A DNA stretch of 64,000 nucleotides from NCBI GenBank assembly GCA_040755855.1, contig JBFMAD010000003.1, forward strand, positions 241,695-305,694. Reading direction: 5' to 3'. The position numbers and the translations under genes are program-made. The number at the start of each line of letters is the position of its first letter. The stretch's first letter is position 1. The notes beneath the pieces were generated by a model. That model made no database searches. It was not told the origin of the DNA and was given only the letters and a program-made list of their open reading frames with translations. This DNA is from Planctomycetota bacterium. GTDB lineage: Bacteria > Planctomycetota > Brocadiia > JAADGH01. This document shows, piece after piece, positions 22,151 to 31,500 of this stretch.

Positions 22151-22789
22151 ATGGTTACCAGTCTCATCGGCAAGAAACTCGGCATGACGCAGATCTTCTC
22201 GGAGGACGGCACGGCTGTTCCCGTCACCGTCATCGAGTGCGGGCCCTGCGTCGTCACCCAGATCAAGACCACCGAAAGCGACGGCTACAACGCCCTGCAG
22301 GTCGGCTTCGGCGAAAAACCGGCAAAGCGCACCACCAAGGCCCTGCTCGAACACTTCAAGAAGGCAAAGACCACGCCAAGGCGGTTTGTCCGCGAGCTGG
22401 AATGGGACGGACAAGGCGAGTTCGCCCTCGGAAGTCAGATCACGGTTGACGTCTTCAACGAGATCAAGCGCGTTGATGTTATCGGCACGGCCAAGGGCCG
22501 CGGGTTCCAGGGCGTGGTCAAACGGCACGGCTTCAAGGGCGGCCCCAAGACCCACGGCCAGTCCGACCGCCAACGCGCACCCGGCTCCATCGGCCAGTCC
22601 TCCGATCCGTCGCGCGTGAAAAAGGGCATGCGCATGGCGGGCCATATGGGCCACTGCCGGCGCACGGCACGCAACCTCACCGTGGTGAAGGTGGATCCGG
22701 AGAAAAACTGCCTCCTCGTCAGGGGTGGCGTGCCCGGACCGAACGGCGGCCTCCTGGTCGTTCGAAAGACCCATAAGCTGGGCAAGTAG
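22151..22789 (+). CDS. rplC: 50S ribosomal protein L3 (uL3)
   Basis: [62 protein letters not shown]. Confidence 0.97.
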   Translation: MVTSLIGKKLGMTQIFSEDGTAVPVTVIECGPCVVTQIKTTESDGYNALQVGFGEKPAKRTTKALLEHFKKAKTTPRRFVRELEWDGQGEFALGSQITVDVFNEIKRVDVIGTAKGRGFQGVVKRHGFKGGPKTHGQSDRQRAPGSIGQSSDPSRVKKGMRMAGHMGHCRRTARNLTVVKVDPEKNCLLVRGGVPGPNGGLLVVRKTHKLGK

Positions 22790-22828
22790 CCGACGGATGT
22801 TCCCTCGTCGGAAGTATGGCGGCTTCCG

Positions 22829-23578
22829 CTACAATGCCCCCAGGATCTTGTGTGTCTGTGGGATGATGCGAACGGTGTCCAACGCCTCCTTTGCCGTGGC
22901 CTGAAGGCGCATGAGCGTCACGGGCGTGACTTGCTCGGACTTATCTTCCACCGCCGCAGGCTGAATTACCAGTGGAATCCCCCTATCCACCGACGCCATC
23001 AGCGATGCGACCTCCGTGATCTCGTGCGCGGTTGTTTTTGCATTCACCGCCGCCTTCACGAACACATGCTTCCGGGCCGCCGCCAACAGGAACTTCCGGT
23101 GCGCCTCGATGTCGGGCTCGGCGCCGCAGGTCGAATGAATCTTGATGTCCATTGACACGATGTCAATCCGGTCAATCACCTTCGACAGCTCATCCGGCAG
23201 CGTGCCGTTGGTCTCCAGATACGTCATGGGAAACAAGCGCACCGTCATGGGGACAAACTCGGCAAGGAAATCCGCCTGCAGCAACGGCTCCCCGCCCGTG
23301 AAGCAGATGGAGTGGTGAAGGTTCTCGCGCCCGCGCAGGTCGGAGACGATGGACACGAGGCGGCATGCATCCAGGGGATTGCGAACGAACACAAAGGAAG
23401 AACTGCCCGGGATGCGCTCGATGCGGCAGTCCTCGTGTCGCTCCCAGTTCCACTTCGAGTCGCAGTAGCTGCACCGAAGGTTGCATCCGGAGAACCGGAC
23501 GAAAACCTGCCGCTCCCCTACCAGCATCCCCTCCCCCTGGATGCTGGAAAACACCTCTGCGATATTCGCCGTCGCCAT
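22829..23578 (-). CDS. queE: 7-carboxy-7-deazaguanine synthase (radical SAM)
   Basis: EVFSSIQGEG, FVRFSGCNLRCSYCDS, TGGEPLLQ, LETNGT, IPQTHK. Confidence 0.9.
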   Translation of the reverse strand: MATANIAEVFSSIQGEGMLVGERQVFVRFSGCNLRCSYCDSKWNWERHEDCRIERIPGSSSFVFVRNPLDACRLVSIVSDLRGRENLHHSICFTGGEPLLQADFLAEFVPMTVRLFPMTYLETNGTLPDELSKVIDRIDIVSMDIKIHSTCGAEPDIEAHRKFLLAAARKHVFVKAAVNAKTTAHEITEVASLMASVDRGIPLVIQPAAVEDKSEQVTPVTLMRLQATAKEALDTVRIIPQTHKILGAL

Positions 23579-23579
23579 G

Positions 23580-24137
23580 CTACTGCACGCCTTTCACCTT
23601 GGTCCGGGCATCGCTCACGGAATCCATCTCTGCGATGTAGGCGCGCTGGATTGCATCGCCGAAGCCGCGGGGATCAATGCCGTACTCCGCCAGGCCCACT
23701 GCCGGCACCGGCGCGCCGGCGGGGTCAATGTTCACCCCCGCATGGATCATCGTCGAGACCGGCGAGGCCGTGGCGATGGATACGGTGAGCTTCCGGTCGC
23801 CGTCGTAGAGGTCGTCGCCCTTCCGTCGCACCGCCTCGCGTCCCAGGCGGCGGTTGATTTCGTCCTTGATGATCGCCATGAGGAGACGTTGGCGGAGGAT
23901 CGTCTTGTCCAGGTCGGAGTCGAAATGCTCGACGATGAAGTGGAGCATCCGCGCGGCCTTGATCGTCGCATCCCCCTTGGCATCGGCCATGTCGCAGATG
24001 AGGTCCGGCCGGACGTCGCACGGGCCGAGGAAGGCAACAATACTGTCGCCCTGCACGTCATGGGTCCTGTAGGCCCACAGGGACCGGAGCTGCTCGCCTG
24101 TATACGTTTCTTCCTTTTCAGCGAGGAGCGATTTCAT
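23580..24137 (-). CDS. DUF366 family protein
   Basis: Y.G.QL...WAY......GDSIVAF.GPCDV, MLHFIVEHFD, RQRLL, R.GDDLY, KLTVSIAT. Confidence 0.75.
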   Translation of the reverse strand: MKSLLAEKEETYTGEQLRSLWAYRTHDVQGDSIVAFLGPCDVRPDLICDMADAKGDATIKAARMLHFIVEHFDSDLDKTILRQRLLMAIIKDEINRRLGREAVRRKGDDLYDGDRKLTVSIATASPVSTMIHAGVNIDPAGAPVPAVGLAEYGIDPRGFGDAIQRAYIAEMDSVSDARTKVKGVQ

Positions 24138-24814
24138 TTTGTCCGCTTGCTCTCATACCATTCCAGGTTATTTGTTTGCACCAGCGCCCGGCGGAATCGC
24201 CTGCACGACTCGCACTTCCAGCAAAGCTCCGGCCCCGCTTCATAGCACGGCCACACCAGGTCAATCGGGGCGTCTATCTTGCGGCCGAAGCGAACGACCT
24301 GCGCCTTGCTCATCTCGATGGTGTGGCAGATCACGCGAACCTTCGTCATCGTGCTGTAGGCCAGCGCCCCGTTCGACGCCCCGACAAACTCCGGGGTGTT
24401 GTCGGGGAACGTCGCGCCCTCCTCGGAGTTGAAACCGACGACGACGGTGTCGCACCCCATGGCCTCCGCATGCGCCGCGGCGATGTTGATGAATATCCCA
24501 TTCCGGTTCGGCACCCACACTGCGGCGGCCGTCCGCTTGCCGGCCGTGTCGAGCTCGGCATCCGATGGGGTGGGGAGGTCCTTCCCCAAATCCACCAGGG
24601 CCGTCGTCGTGATCTCCGCCAGCCAGGGCAGGGCGATGACCTTGTGCGCTACGTCGAACCGCGACGCGATGGCGTGGGCCGCCTCGATCTCTCGGCGCGC
24701 GGCCCGCTGGCCGTAGTCGAACGTCAGGGCCAGGGTCGCCCCACCCTCGTCCATGGCCCGCTTGAAATTCACCGTCGAGTCCAATCCGCCCGAGAGTAAA
24801 GAAATCGTTTTCAT
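24134..24814 (-). CDS. queC: 7-cyano-7-deazaguanine synthase
   Basis: LLSGGLDS, TFDYGQR, WVPNRNGIF, FPDN, Zn site CY..CWKCESC. Confidence 0.9.
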   Translation of the reverse strand: MKTISLLSGGLDSTVNFKRAMDEGGATLALTFDYGQRAARREIEAAHAIASRFDVAHKVIALPWLAEITTTALVDLGKDLPTPSDAELDTAGKRTAAAVWVPNRNGIFINIAAAHAEAMGCDTVVVGFNSEEGATFPDNTPEFVGASNGALAYSTMTKVRVICHTIEMSKAQVVRFGRKIDAPIDLVWPCYEAGPELCWKCESCRRFRRALVQTNNLEWYESKRTK

Positions 24815-24922
24815 CAGACTGTTCTCACTTGGGCTGCGTCCCCTCATCTTGAACCGAGGAACCTGTGGGCTTCGAGATTCCCTTGAACTCTTGGCACGAG
24901 GAAGAACGGTTGATCTCCTCAC

Positions 24923-25834
24923 TCACAGCCCCCACCGCGGCTTCCACGTGCCCGCGAAATCTTGATCTGATGCAAGAGCCACGGCAAGCGGTTTCAGAAA
25001 TCCGGCTATCGAGGTAACAACCTTGGCAAAATCGTGTTCTACATAGCCGAGGTTGCTCGTGCGGAGAAAGCTACGCCATTGCGTTCCCTTCGACTGATCG
25101 GCGGCAAAACTGTCAGTAAGAGCAACCGGATCGGCGGGTATCTCTGTGCCGCGCGTGTTGAAGGTGGTGCGAATGGCCTGAGCAAGCACCAGACCATCGA
25201 ACTCGCATGTCCGGGAAAGCAACCAAATGTCGAAGAAGTCTTTCATGCGGCTGTTTAGCTCTCCCAGTTTCACCATGGCCTCGAATTTCTCCGCGATAAC
25301 ACTCTCCATGCTGTAGCCGTATAGACGCGGTGCGGGCAAATCCAACAGTGTGGGATAATCCACGAGCGAGGCCTGCGGCGTGACGACATCGCTGAACCCG
25401 ATGTCCAGTCGCATGTCGATCTGCGCATTTCCAAGATTACCTTCCCATTTGACACGCACCCCATTGTAGTCCGCATCCTCCGTGATCCGCTCCGCCTCAA
25501 GGGTTGTCGGATCAAACTGGAGGCCATCGGGTTCCACTTCTTGGGTGCATACATCTCTCACCATAGAGAGGATGTTGTCGATGCTGTTATCGGTCCGGCC
25601 GAGCATGTCTATATCTTTTGTTGGTCGGGAGAGGGGCACCTTCCAGACCCTGAACATCAATCCGCCTTTGAGAGCAAGCTTGTCCGCGTACGGAGATTTC
25701 GACAGCCGATAGAGGAAGCGCTCCAGTGCATAGTGCCTGAGCACCTCATTGAATAGTCGTCCTTCCTGTTTGGCCTTGTTGAGGAGGCGTTGATGGATGG
25801 AAGCCGCAAGGTTTTTGACCGGGTCTTTTGTCAA
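24923..25834 (-). CDS. Type IV TA toxin, AbiEii/AbiGii nucleotidyltransferase
   Basis: ASIHQRLLN, ERFLYRLS, LKGG, RPTKDID, IAEKFEAM, NSRMKDFFDI. Confidence 0.92.
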   Translation of the reverse strand: MTKDPVKNLAASIHQRLLNKAKQEGRLFNEVLRHYALERFLYRLSKSPYADKLALKGGLMFRVWKVPLSRPTKDIDMLGRTDNSIDNILSMVRDVCTQEVEPDGLQFDPTTLEAERITEDADYNGVRVKWEGNLGNAQIDMRLDIGFSDVVTPQASLVDYPTLLDLPAPRLYGYSMESVIAEKFEAMVKLGELNSRMKDFFDIWLLSRTCEFDGLVLAQAIRTTFNTRGTEIPADPVALTDSFAADQSKGTQWRSFLRTSNLGYVEHDFAKVVTSIAGFLKPLAVALASDQDFAGTWKPRWGL

Positions 25835-26445
25835 AGAACCCCCTCCACGTAGGGCCGCATGACCTTCCCAACCCGGCAGATTCGCGCATAGTGCATGACC
25901 TTGTCCACGTTGAAGCCTTTGCGGTGCCGGTACAGTCTTAGCGCCTCCATGGCTATGTCGAGGCCGATTTTATTCCGGTACTTGAAACAATCCGCAAGGG
26001 TCTTCTCAGGGCAATAAATCCGAACGGGCACGTTGTCTATGCTGTGGCTTTCTATGCCTTCGGTAAAGGCACTGCCTCTGAACCAGAATATGCGGAGGGG
26101 GGGATAGTCCAGCCTGGGTGGTCTCGAGTCCTCCGCCAGAGCAATGTGTACCTCGTGAGGAATCTGGGTCGTTATTTCGTGATAGGCCAGAGCGGAGATG
26201 AGGCATATCACACCGTCAGGGATTCTCTTGGCCACCGCCACGAGATCGGGGTTAGAGAGGGGCGGCAGATCAGCCAGCCGATACACGCCCCGGCTAATCT
26301 GCTCTACGACCCCCGCCTTCCACATAACATAGAGTGTTCGAGGGTGGATACGGGCTTTGATAGCCTCCCTGGTTCTGAGCATTCCACCATGCTCTTGGAA
26401 TATAGCTTTTGCTTTTTCAATTGGATCGGAAGTTGAAATGTTCAT
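25831..26445 (-). CDS. Type IV TA antitoxin, AbiEi family
   Basis: N-terminal wHTH (RGVYRL), GVICLISAL.YHEITTQIP, IYCPEKTLADCFKYRNKIG; overlaps the toxin start. Confidence 0.92.
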   Translation of the reverse strand: MNISTSDPIEKAKAIFQEHGGMLRTREAIKARIHPRTLYVMWKAGVVEQISRGVYRLADLPPLSNPDLVAVAKRIPDGVICLISALAYHEITTQIPHEVHIALAEDSRPPRLDYPPLRIFWFRGSAFTEGIESHSIDNVPVRIYCPEKTLADCFKYRNKIGLDIAMEALRLYRHRKGFNVDKVMHYARICRVGKVMRPYVEGVL

Positions 26446-26493
26446 TATGGTTTTTATTTTTGGAAAAATGCCGAAAATCTTCTTTTTTTGGTT

Positions 26494-26811
26494 TGGATAA
26501 AAATGTCAGCATTTAACAATATTTACTGACATTTTTATCCATGACGCTAATTTTGTCAAGAAAATTTCTGGATAAAAATGTCAGTATTAAAAGATATTTA
26601 CTGACATTTTTATCCAATTTCTGAGTTTTGTTAAACGCATTTGGCTTTTTGAATAAAAAATCGGGTATTTTTAAACATTTACCCGATTTTTTATCCAAAG
26701 CGAGTTTTTTCGGAAAAAATCCCGGGAAAAACGCAAAGTCTTCTTGCAAAAAACGGGAGTTTTTGGACAAAAAATCAGGTTTTCGAAAATATCTACCTGA
26801 TTTTTTGTCCA
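26494..26811. repeat. Array of four 48-bp palindromes (16-18 bp arms, AT-rich centre); probable AbiEi operators
   Basis: Copies at 26494-26541, 26569-26616, 26650-26697 and 26764-26811, e.g. TGGATAAAAATGTCAG-N16-CTGACATTTTTATCCA. Confidence 0.85.
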
Positions 26812-26839
26812 AAATCCGCGTTTCATCAAAAATGGAATG

Positions 26840-27175
26840 CTATGAACCTTCCTCTGAACGCTCCTCGCATTGAAAAGTAGAAGTCAACGAATTCAGACAC
26901 TCATCAAATATCTGCCCATGTCCGCTATATTCTCCGTGTCTTATGAATTCGAGCACATGGGCCAGTTCATGCAAAATAAGTGGCTCCAAATCCTCCTTGG
27001 AGGTCTTCTCATATATGGCAATAGACTTCCTATCACCAAACCCGATATTTACAGACACGTCGATCAGGTCCATTCGCGTGCCGACAAGCTCAGGAAAACC
27101 CTTCTCAAGTTTCGCAAGAATTCTATCAAATGTATCATACATTCTCTGCGTGGCCTGCTTGCTGATCTCTGCCAT
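26840..27175 (-). CDS. Small SprT-like zinc metallopeptidase domain protein
   Basis: LILHELAH....HG..GHG.IF pattern typical of SprT-like zincins; AT-rich like the adjacent TA genes. Confidence 0.55.
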   Translation of the reverse strand: MAEISKQATQRMYDTFDRILAKLEKGFPELVGTRMDLIDVSVNIGFGDRKSIAIYEKTSKEDLEPLILHELAHVLEFIRHGEYSGHGQIFDECLNSLTSTFQCEERSEEGS

Positions 27176-27236
27176 ACTCTCTTGCCTTCTCCATTCCCAG
27201 GGGAATTAGCATTTCCGCTGCGCCACGGTGACTTTT

Positions 27237-28283
27237 TCACCTGGACCGCGGCGTCTTGCGTGGCGAGGTCCTCCATCGGACCCGCCCATCTGCGTCAATT
27301 GATGCGATCCGTGACGAGCCCTCGTAGGCCAGGACCTTGAAGTCCGTCTCCAGCGTCGCGCCGCCGTCGAGTGTGAGCAGGCGCGTTCCGTTCTCATGGG
27401 CCTTCGGCAGGCTGCTGAAGGGCTCGATGGCCGAGCCATAGACGCGGCCATACCACGGATACCCCTTCGTGTAATTGAACTCCTGCCAGATCCATACGCA
27501 GTCAAATACCTTCGGGTCCCAGACCGCCCCGAAGCCGACCTTCATTTTCGTGTTTGTGAATCCGTACCAGCCCGCGTTCAGGTTGAGGAGATACTTCATC
27601 TGCTCATCCTCGCGCTTGACGGGGATGACCCGGCTGTGGTCCACCTTGTCCTTCCCGATGGGCCAGGGTTGATCCACCTCGTCCACGCGGACGATCTCCG
27701 CATCGGCGTCAACCACGCAATCCGTGCTCAGGAACGGCGGGCCGAAGGCGATGTGATGGCCCCACATGAACTCGAACGGCGCGGCGCCCTCGTTCGTCGC
27801 CTTCTCGGAAAAGTGGAGGACGGCCTCGCCGCTTCGGAGTGTGATCGTCTTCTCCAGCAGGAACGGCGTCCGGACGGTGCGCACCGAGAACCGGATGCTG
27901 ACCTCCTCCGGCGAATCCTCCAACACCTGGTAGTTCCACGGCACGCCCCACACCTCGCCGTGCTGGCCGATGCGCGCCCCCTGGTAGGTGGTCGGCGCGC
28001 TGCCGTGGGGGAAGAGCTCCTGCCAGCCGCCCTCGTAGTAGTCCATGAAGGAGTAGTCTGTCTCCCACGAGGCGGCGTATTTCGCCCGGTTGCGAATGCC
28101 GTTCGGCGTGCGGAGCATGAAGTCCACGTCCTTCGGCTTGTAGAGGAACTCGAAGATGTCCGTGCCCTGATCGAGGAGGATCGAGACGCGGATCAGCTCG
28201 TTCTCCATGACGATCACGCGGAGGTCGTCGTACTTGTATTTGTCGCAGTATCGTGCGCCATAGTTGCGTTCGAGCGCAGTCAT
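27237..28283 (-). CDS. Aldose-1-epimerase/galactose-mutarotase-like protein (DUF4432-like)
   Basis: ENELIRVSILLD.GTDI, YEGGWQELFP, HGEVW, MWGHH.AFG, WIWQE, EPFSS. Confidence 0.75.
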   Translation of the reverse strand: MTALERNYGARYCDKYKYDDLRVIVMENELIRVSILLDQGTDIFEFLYKPKDVDFMLRTPNGIRNRAKYAASWETDYSFMDYYEGGWQELFPHGSAPTTYQGARIGQHGEVWGVPWNYQVLEDSPEEVSIRFSVRTVRTPFLLEKTITLRSGEAVLHFSEKATNEGAAPFEFMWGHHIAFGPPFLSTDCVVDADAEIVRVDEVDQPWPIGKDKVDHSRVIPVKREDEQMKYLLNLNAGWYGFTNTKMKVGFGAVWDPKVFDCVWIWQEFNYTKGYPWYGRVYGSAIEPFSSLPKAHENGTRLLTLDGGATLETDFKVLAYEGSSRIASIDADGRVRWRTSPRKTPRSR

Positions 28284-28444
28284 AGGTTTCCTCCGGAGAA
28301 GATCGTGTCGGCCACTTATGTGATTCTAAGTTTGATCGGGGGTGTCTTTCAAGGCAAAAAGCGCCATATTACTCCTGGCGTGTTCGTCAGTGCTCAAGTT
28401 GGGCCGTTTAGATATTTCTATAAGCATCCATCAAGACAAAATGA

Positions 28445-28474
28445 TTGACATGCGCCCGCCAAATGGCCTATAAT
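28445..28474 (+). promoter_or_regulatory. sigma70 promoter
   Basis: TTGACA-N18-TATAAT upstream of 28525. Confidence 0.7.
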
Positions 28475-28524
28475 TTTTTGTTTACCCTACGGAGGGGGTA
28501 TCTGTTTGTAAGTAGGACCTTCAC

Positions 28525-31500
28525 ATGGCGCGTAAGTACTATCTTGGACTGGACGCGGGGTCAATCAGTCTGAATGTCGTCCTGCTGGACGAGGGCAAGC
28601 GCATCATTGAAGAGAGCTATACGCGCATCAAGGGAAAGCCCGTTCAGACCGCGAGAGACGTCCTCGCCGCTCTTTTTGGCAAATATCCGATCGAGGACAT
28701 CCAAACCGTGGCCGTCACCGGCTCCGGCGGACGGCTCATCGCCCGGCTCCTGGACATCGAGTTCATCAACGAGATCGTCGCCCAGGCCCGCGCGGAGGAG
28801 GAACTGCACCCGGAGGTGCGAACCATCATCGAGATCGGCGGGGAGGACTCGAAACTCATCTGGCTGGAGAAAGATCCGCACTCCGGCCGCATCGTCGTCC
28901 GCGACTTCGCCATGAACACCGTCTGCGCCGCTGGCACGGGGTCCTTCCTCGACCAGCAGGCATCCCGCCTCGGCCTCTCCATCGAAAACGAGTTCGGCGA
29001 ACTGGCGCTCAAGTCCGAAAACCCGCCGCGCGTCGCCGGGCGGTGCTCGGTCTTCGCCAAGTCCGATATGATCCATCTGCAGCAGCAGGCGACGCCCGTT
29101 TACGACATCGTGGCCGGCCTCTGCTACGCCATGGCGCGGAACGTGAAGAGCAACCTCGCCACCGGCAAGGAGATCGAGAAACCCGTCGCCTTCCAGGGCG
29201 GCGTGGCCGCTAACCAGGGCCTGGTACGGGCCTTTGAGGACGTGCTCGAACTCGGCCGAGGGGACCTGATTATCCCGAAGCACCACGCCTCCATGGGCGC
29301 GATCGGGGCCATCCTCACCGCACTTGACCAGGGGGCGCAGAGCCGCATCAGCGACCTGTCGCTGCTCGACATACATCTCCAGGAATTGGCGGGCAAGAAG
29401 GTGGGCCTGCGCCTTGCGCCACTGGCCTTCGAGGGGGATACCAGCGACCGGCACTACGTCTCCGCCCGGTCGGGGATGGCGTCGGCGCGCGCGAAGGACG
29501 GCCTCATCCCGGCCTACTTGGGGGTTGACGTAGGTTCCATCAGCACAAACGTCGTGGTGCTCGACGCGAACCGCAATCTGCTGGCCAAGAGCTACCTGAT
29601 GACGGCAGGCCAGCCCCTTCGGGCCGTGCAGGAGGGCCTGCGCGAGGTGGGCGAGAAGGTGGCCGACAAGGTGAATATCCTCGGCGCCTGCACCACGGGA
29701 TCGGGCCGTTACCTGACGGGCGACTTCGTCGGCGCGGATTGCGTCCGGAATGAAATCACCGCCCAGGCTATGGGAGCAATCTCCATTGACCCGGCAGTGG
29801 ACACCATCTTCGAGATCGGCGGGCAGGACTCGAAGTACATCAGCATTGACAACGGCGTAGTGGTGGACTTCGAGATGAACCACGTCTGCGCGGCCGGCAC
29901 GGGATCATTCTTGGAGGAGCAGGCCGAGAAGCTCGGCATCCAAATCAAGGTGGAGTTCGGGGACCTGGCGCTCCGGTGCGAGTCGCCCGTCAAGCTTGGG
30001 GAGCGGTGCACGGTCTTCATGGAATCGAATGTCGTGCACTGCCAGCAGAATGGCGCGGCGGTGGACGAGCTGGTGGGCGGCCTGTCCTACTCCATCGTTT
30101 ACAACTATTTGAACCGCGTTGTCGCGCATCGCCGGCGAGGCAACCGCATCTTCTTCCAGGGGGGCACGGCGGCAAACAAGGGTGTGGTGGCAGCGTTCGA
30201 AAAGGTGATGGGCAAGCCCATCATCGTCCCGGAGCACCACGACGTGACCGGCGCCATCGGCGCGGCGATCCTGGCCCAGGAATACCAGGAGGCCGAGGGC
30301 CGGACAGAGAGCAACTTCCGGGGCTTCGACCTGAGCGACCGGAAGTACACCATTCGCCCCTTCGAGTGCAAGGACTGCCCGAACCACTGCGAGATCAAGG
30401 AAGTCACTATCGAGGGGGAACAACCCCTCTACTACGGCAGCCGGTGCGACAAGTACAACCTCAAGAAGGTGAAGAAGCACGAGGACATCCCGGACCTGTT
30501 TGCGGAACGGGAGCGGCTGCTCCTGGAGGGATACAAGCCGCCGAAAAAGGACTCGGACAAAAAGGTCGTCGGCATTCCCCGCGCCCTTTACATGCTCCAG
30601 CAGTTTCCCTACTGGCACGCCTTCTTCAAGACCCTGGGCCTTGATGTGCTGCTCTCGCCGGTGTCCAACAAGACATTGATCCGTCGCGGTGTGGAGACGG
30701 TCGTCTCTGAGACGTGCTTCCCATGCAAGGTGATGCACGGCCACGTGGCGCACCTCCTCGATGAGGGCGTGGACTTTCTCTTCATGCCGAGCCTCATCAA
30801 CCTCACGCGCGATGTGGAGGTGCAGGAGAACAATTACGTCTGCCCCTACGTCCAGACGATCCCCTACACGTTGGAGTCGGCCTTTGAGTTTGGGAATTAT
30901 GATACCGTCCTGCTGAAGCCGGTGCTCTATTTCGAGCGCGGCGAGAAGGCGATCTACAAGGCGCTGTGCGCCATGAAGGACGCCCTCGGCGTCACGCGGC
31001 GGCAGGTCCGAGAGGCCATGGTCGCCGCCCAGGAGGCGCAGAGACGGTTCGAGCGGGGAATCTGCGAGCGGGGAAAAGAGGCCCTGGCCTCGATCCCCGA
31101 CGGGCGGCGGGCGATGGTCGTCCTCAGCCGTCCCTACAATGGGTGCGACTCCGGCATCAACCTGAACCTGCCGCGCAAGCTCCGCGACCTGGGCGTGCTG
31201 GCCATCCCGATGGATTTCCTCCCGCTGATGGAAATCGAGGACTACGAGGAGTGGGAGAATATGTTCTGGAAGTACGGCCAGAGCATCCTCCGCGCCGCCG
31301 AGATCGTCAAGCGGGACAAGCGCCTCAACGCCGTTTATATCAGCAACTTCGGCTGCGGGCCGGACTCGTTCATCAGCAGCTTTGTGAAGGCGGTCCTCGA
31401 CGACCAGCCCCTGCTCCAGCTCGAAATTGACGAGCACAGCGCCGACGCCGGCGTCATCACGCGATGCGAGGCCTACCTCGACAGCATCAAGAACGTCGAG

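Noticed and set aside
21949..22449. Alternative ORF and N-terminal extension (from 22046) over the rplC leader
   Set aside because: uL3 homology starts at 22151; the other ORF begins on the -35 box and overlaps rplC out of frame.
24815..24922. preQ1 riboswitch or queC N-terminal extension
   Set aside because: No recognisable preQ1 aptamer pattern; QueC homology begins at MKTISLLSGG.
26494..26811. CRISPR array or integron attC array
   Set aside because: Repeats are long full palindromes of three sequence types with irregular gaps, and no cas genes are nearby. No RYYYAAC/GTTRRRY attC ends, cassette ORFs between repeats or integrase were seen.
26513..26812. 99-aa ORF with repeated DK(K/N) motifs
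   Set aside because: A by-product of translating the palindrome array; no RBS or domain signal.
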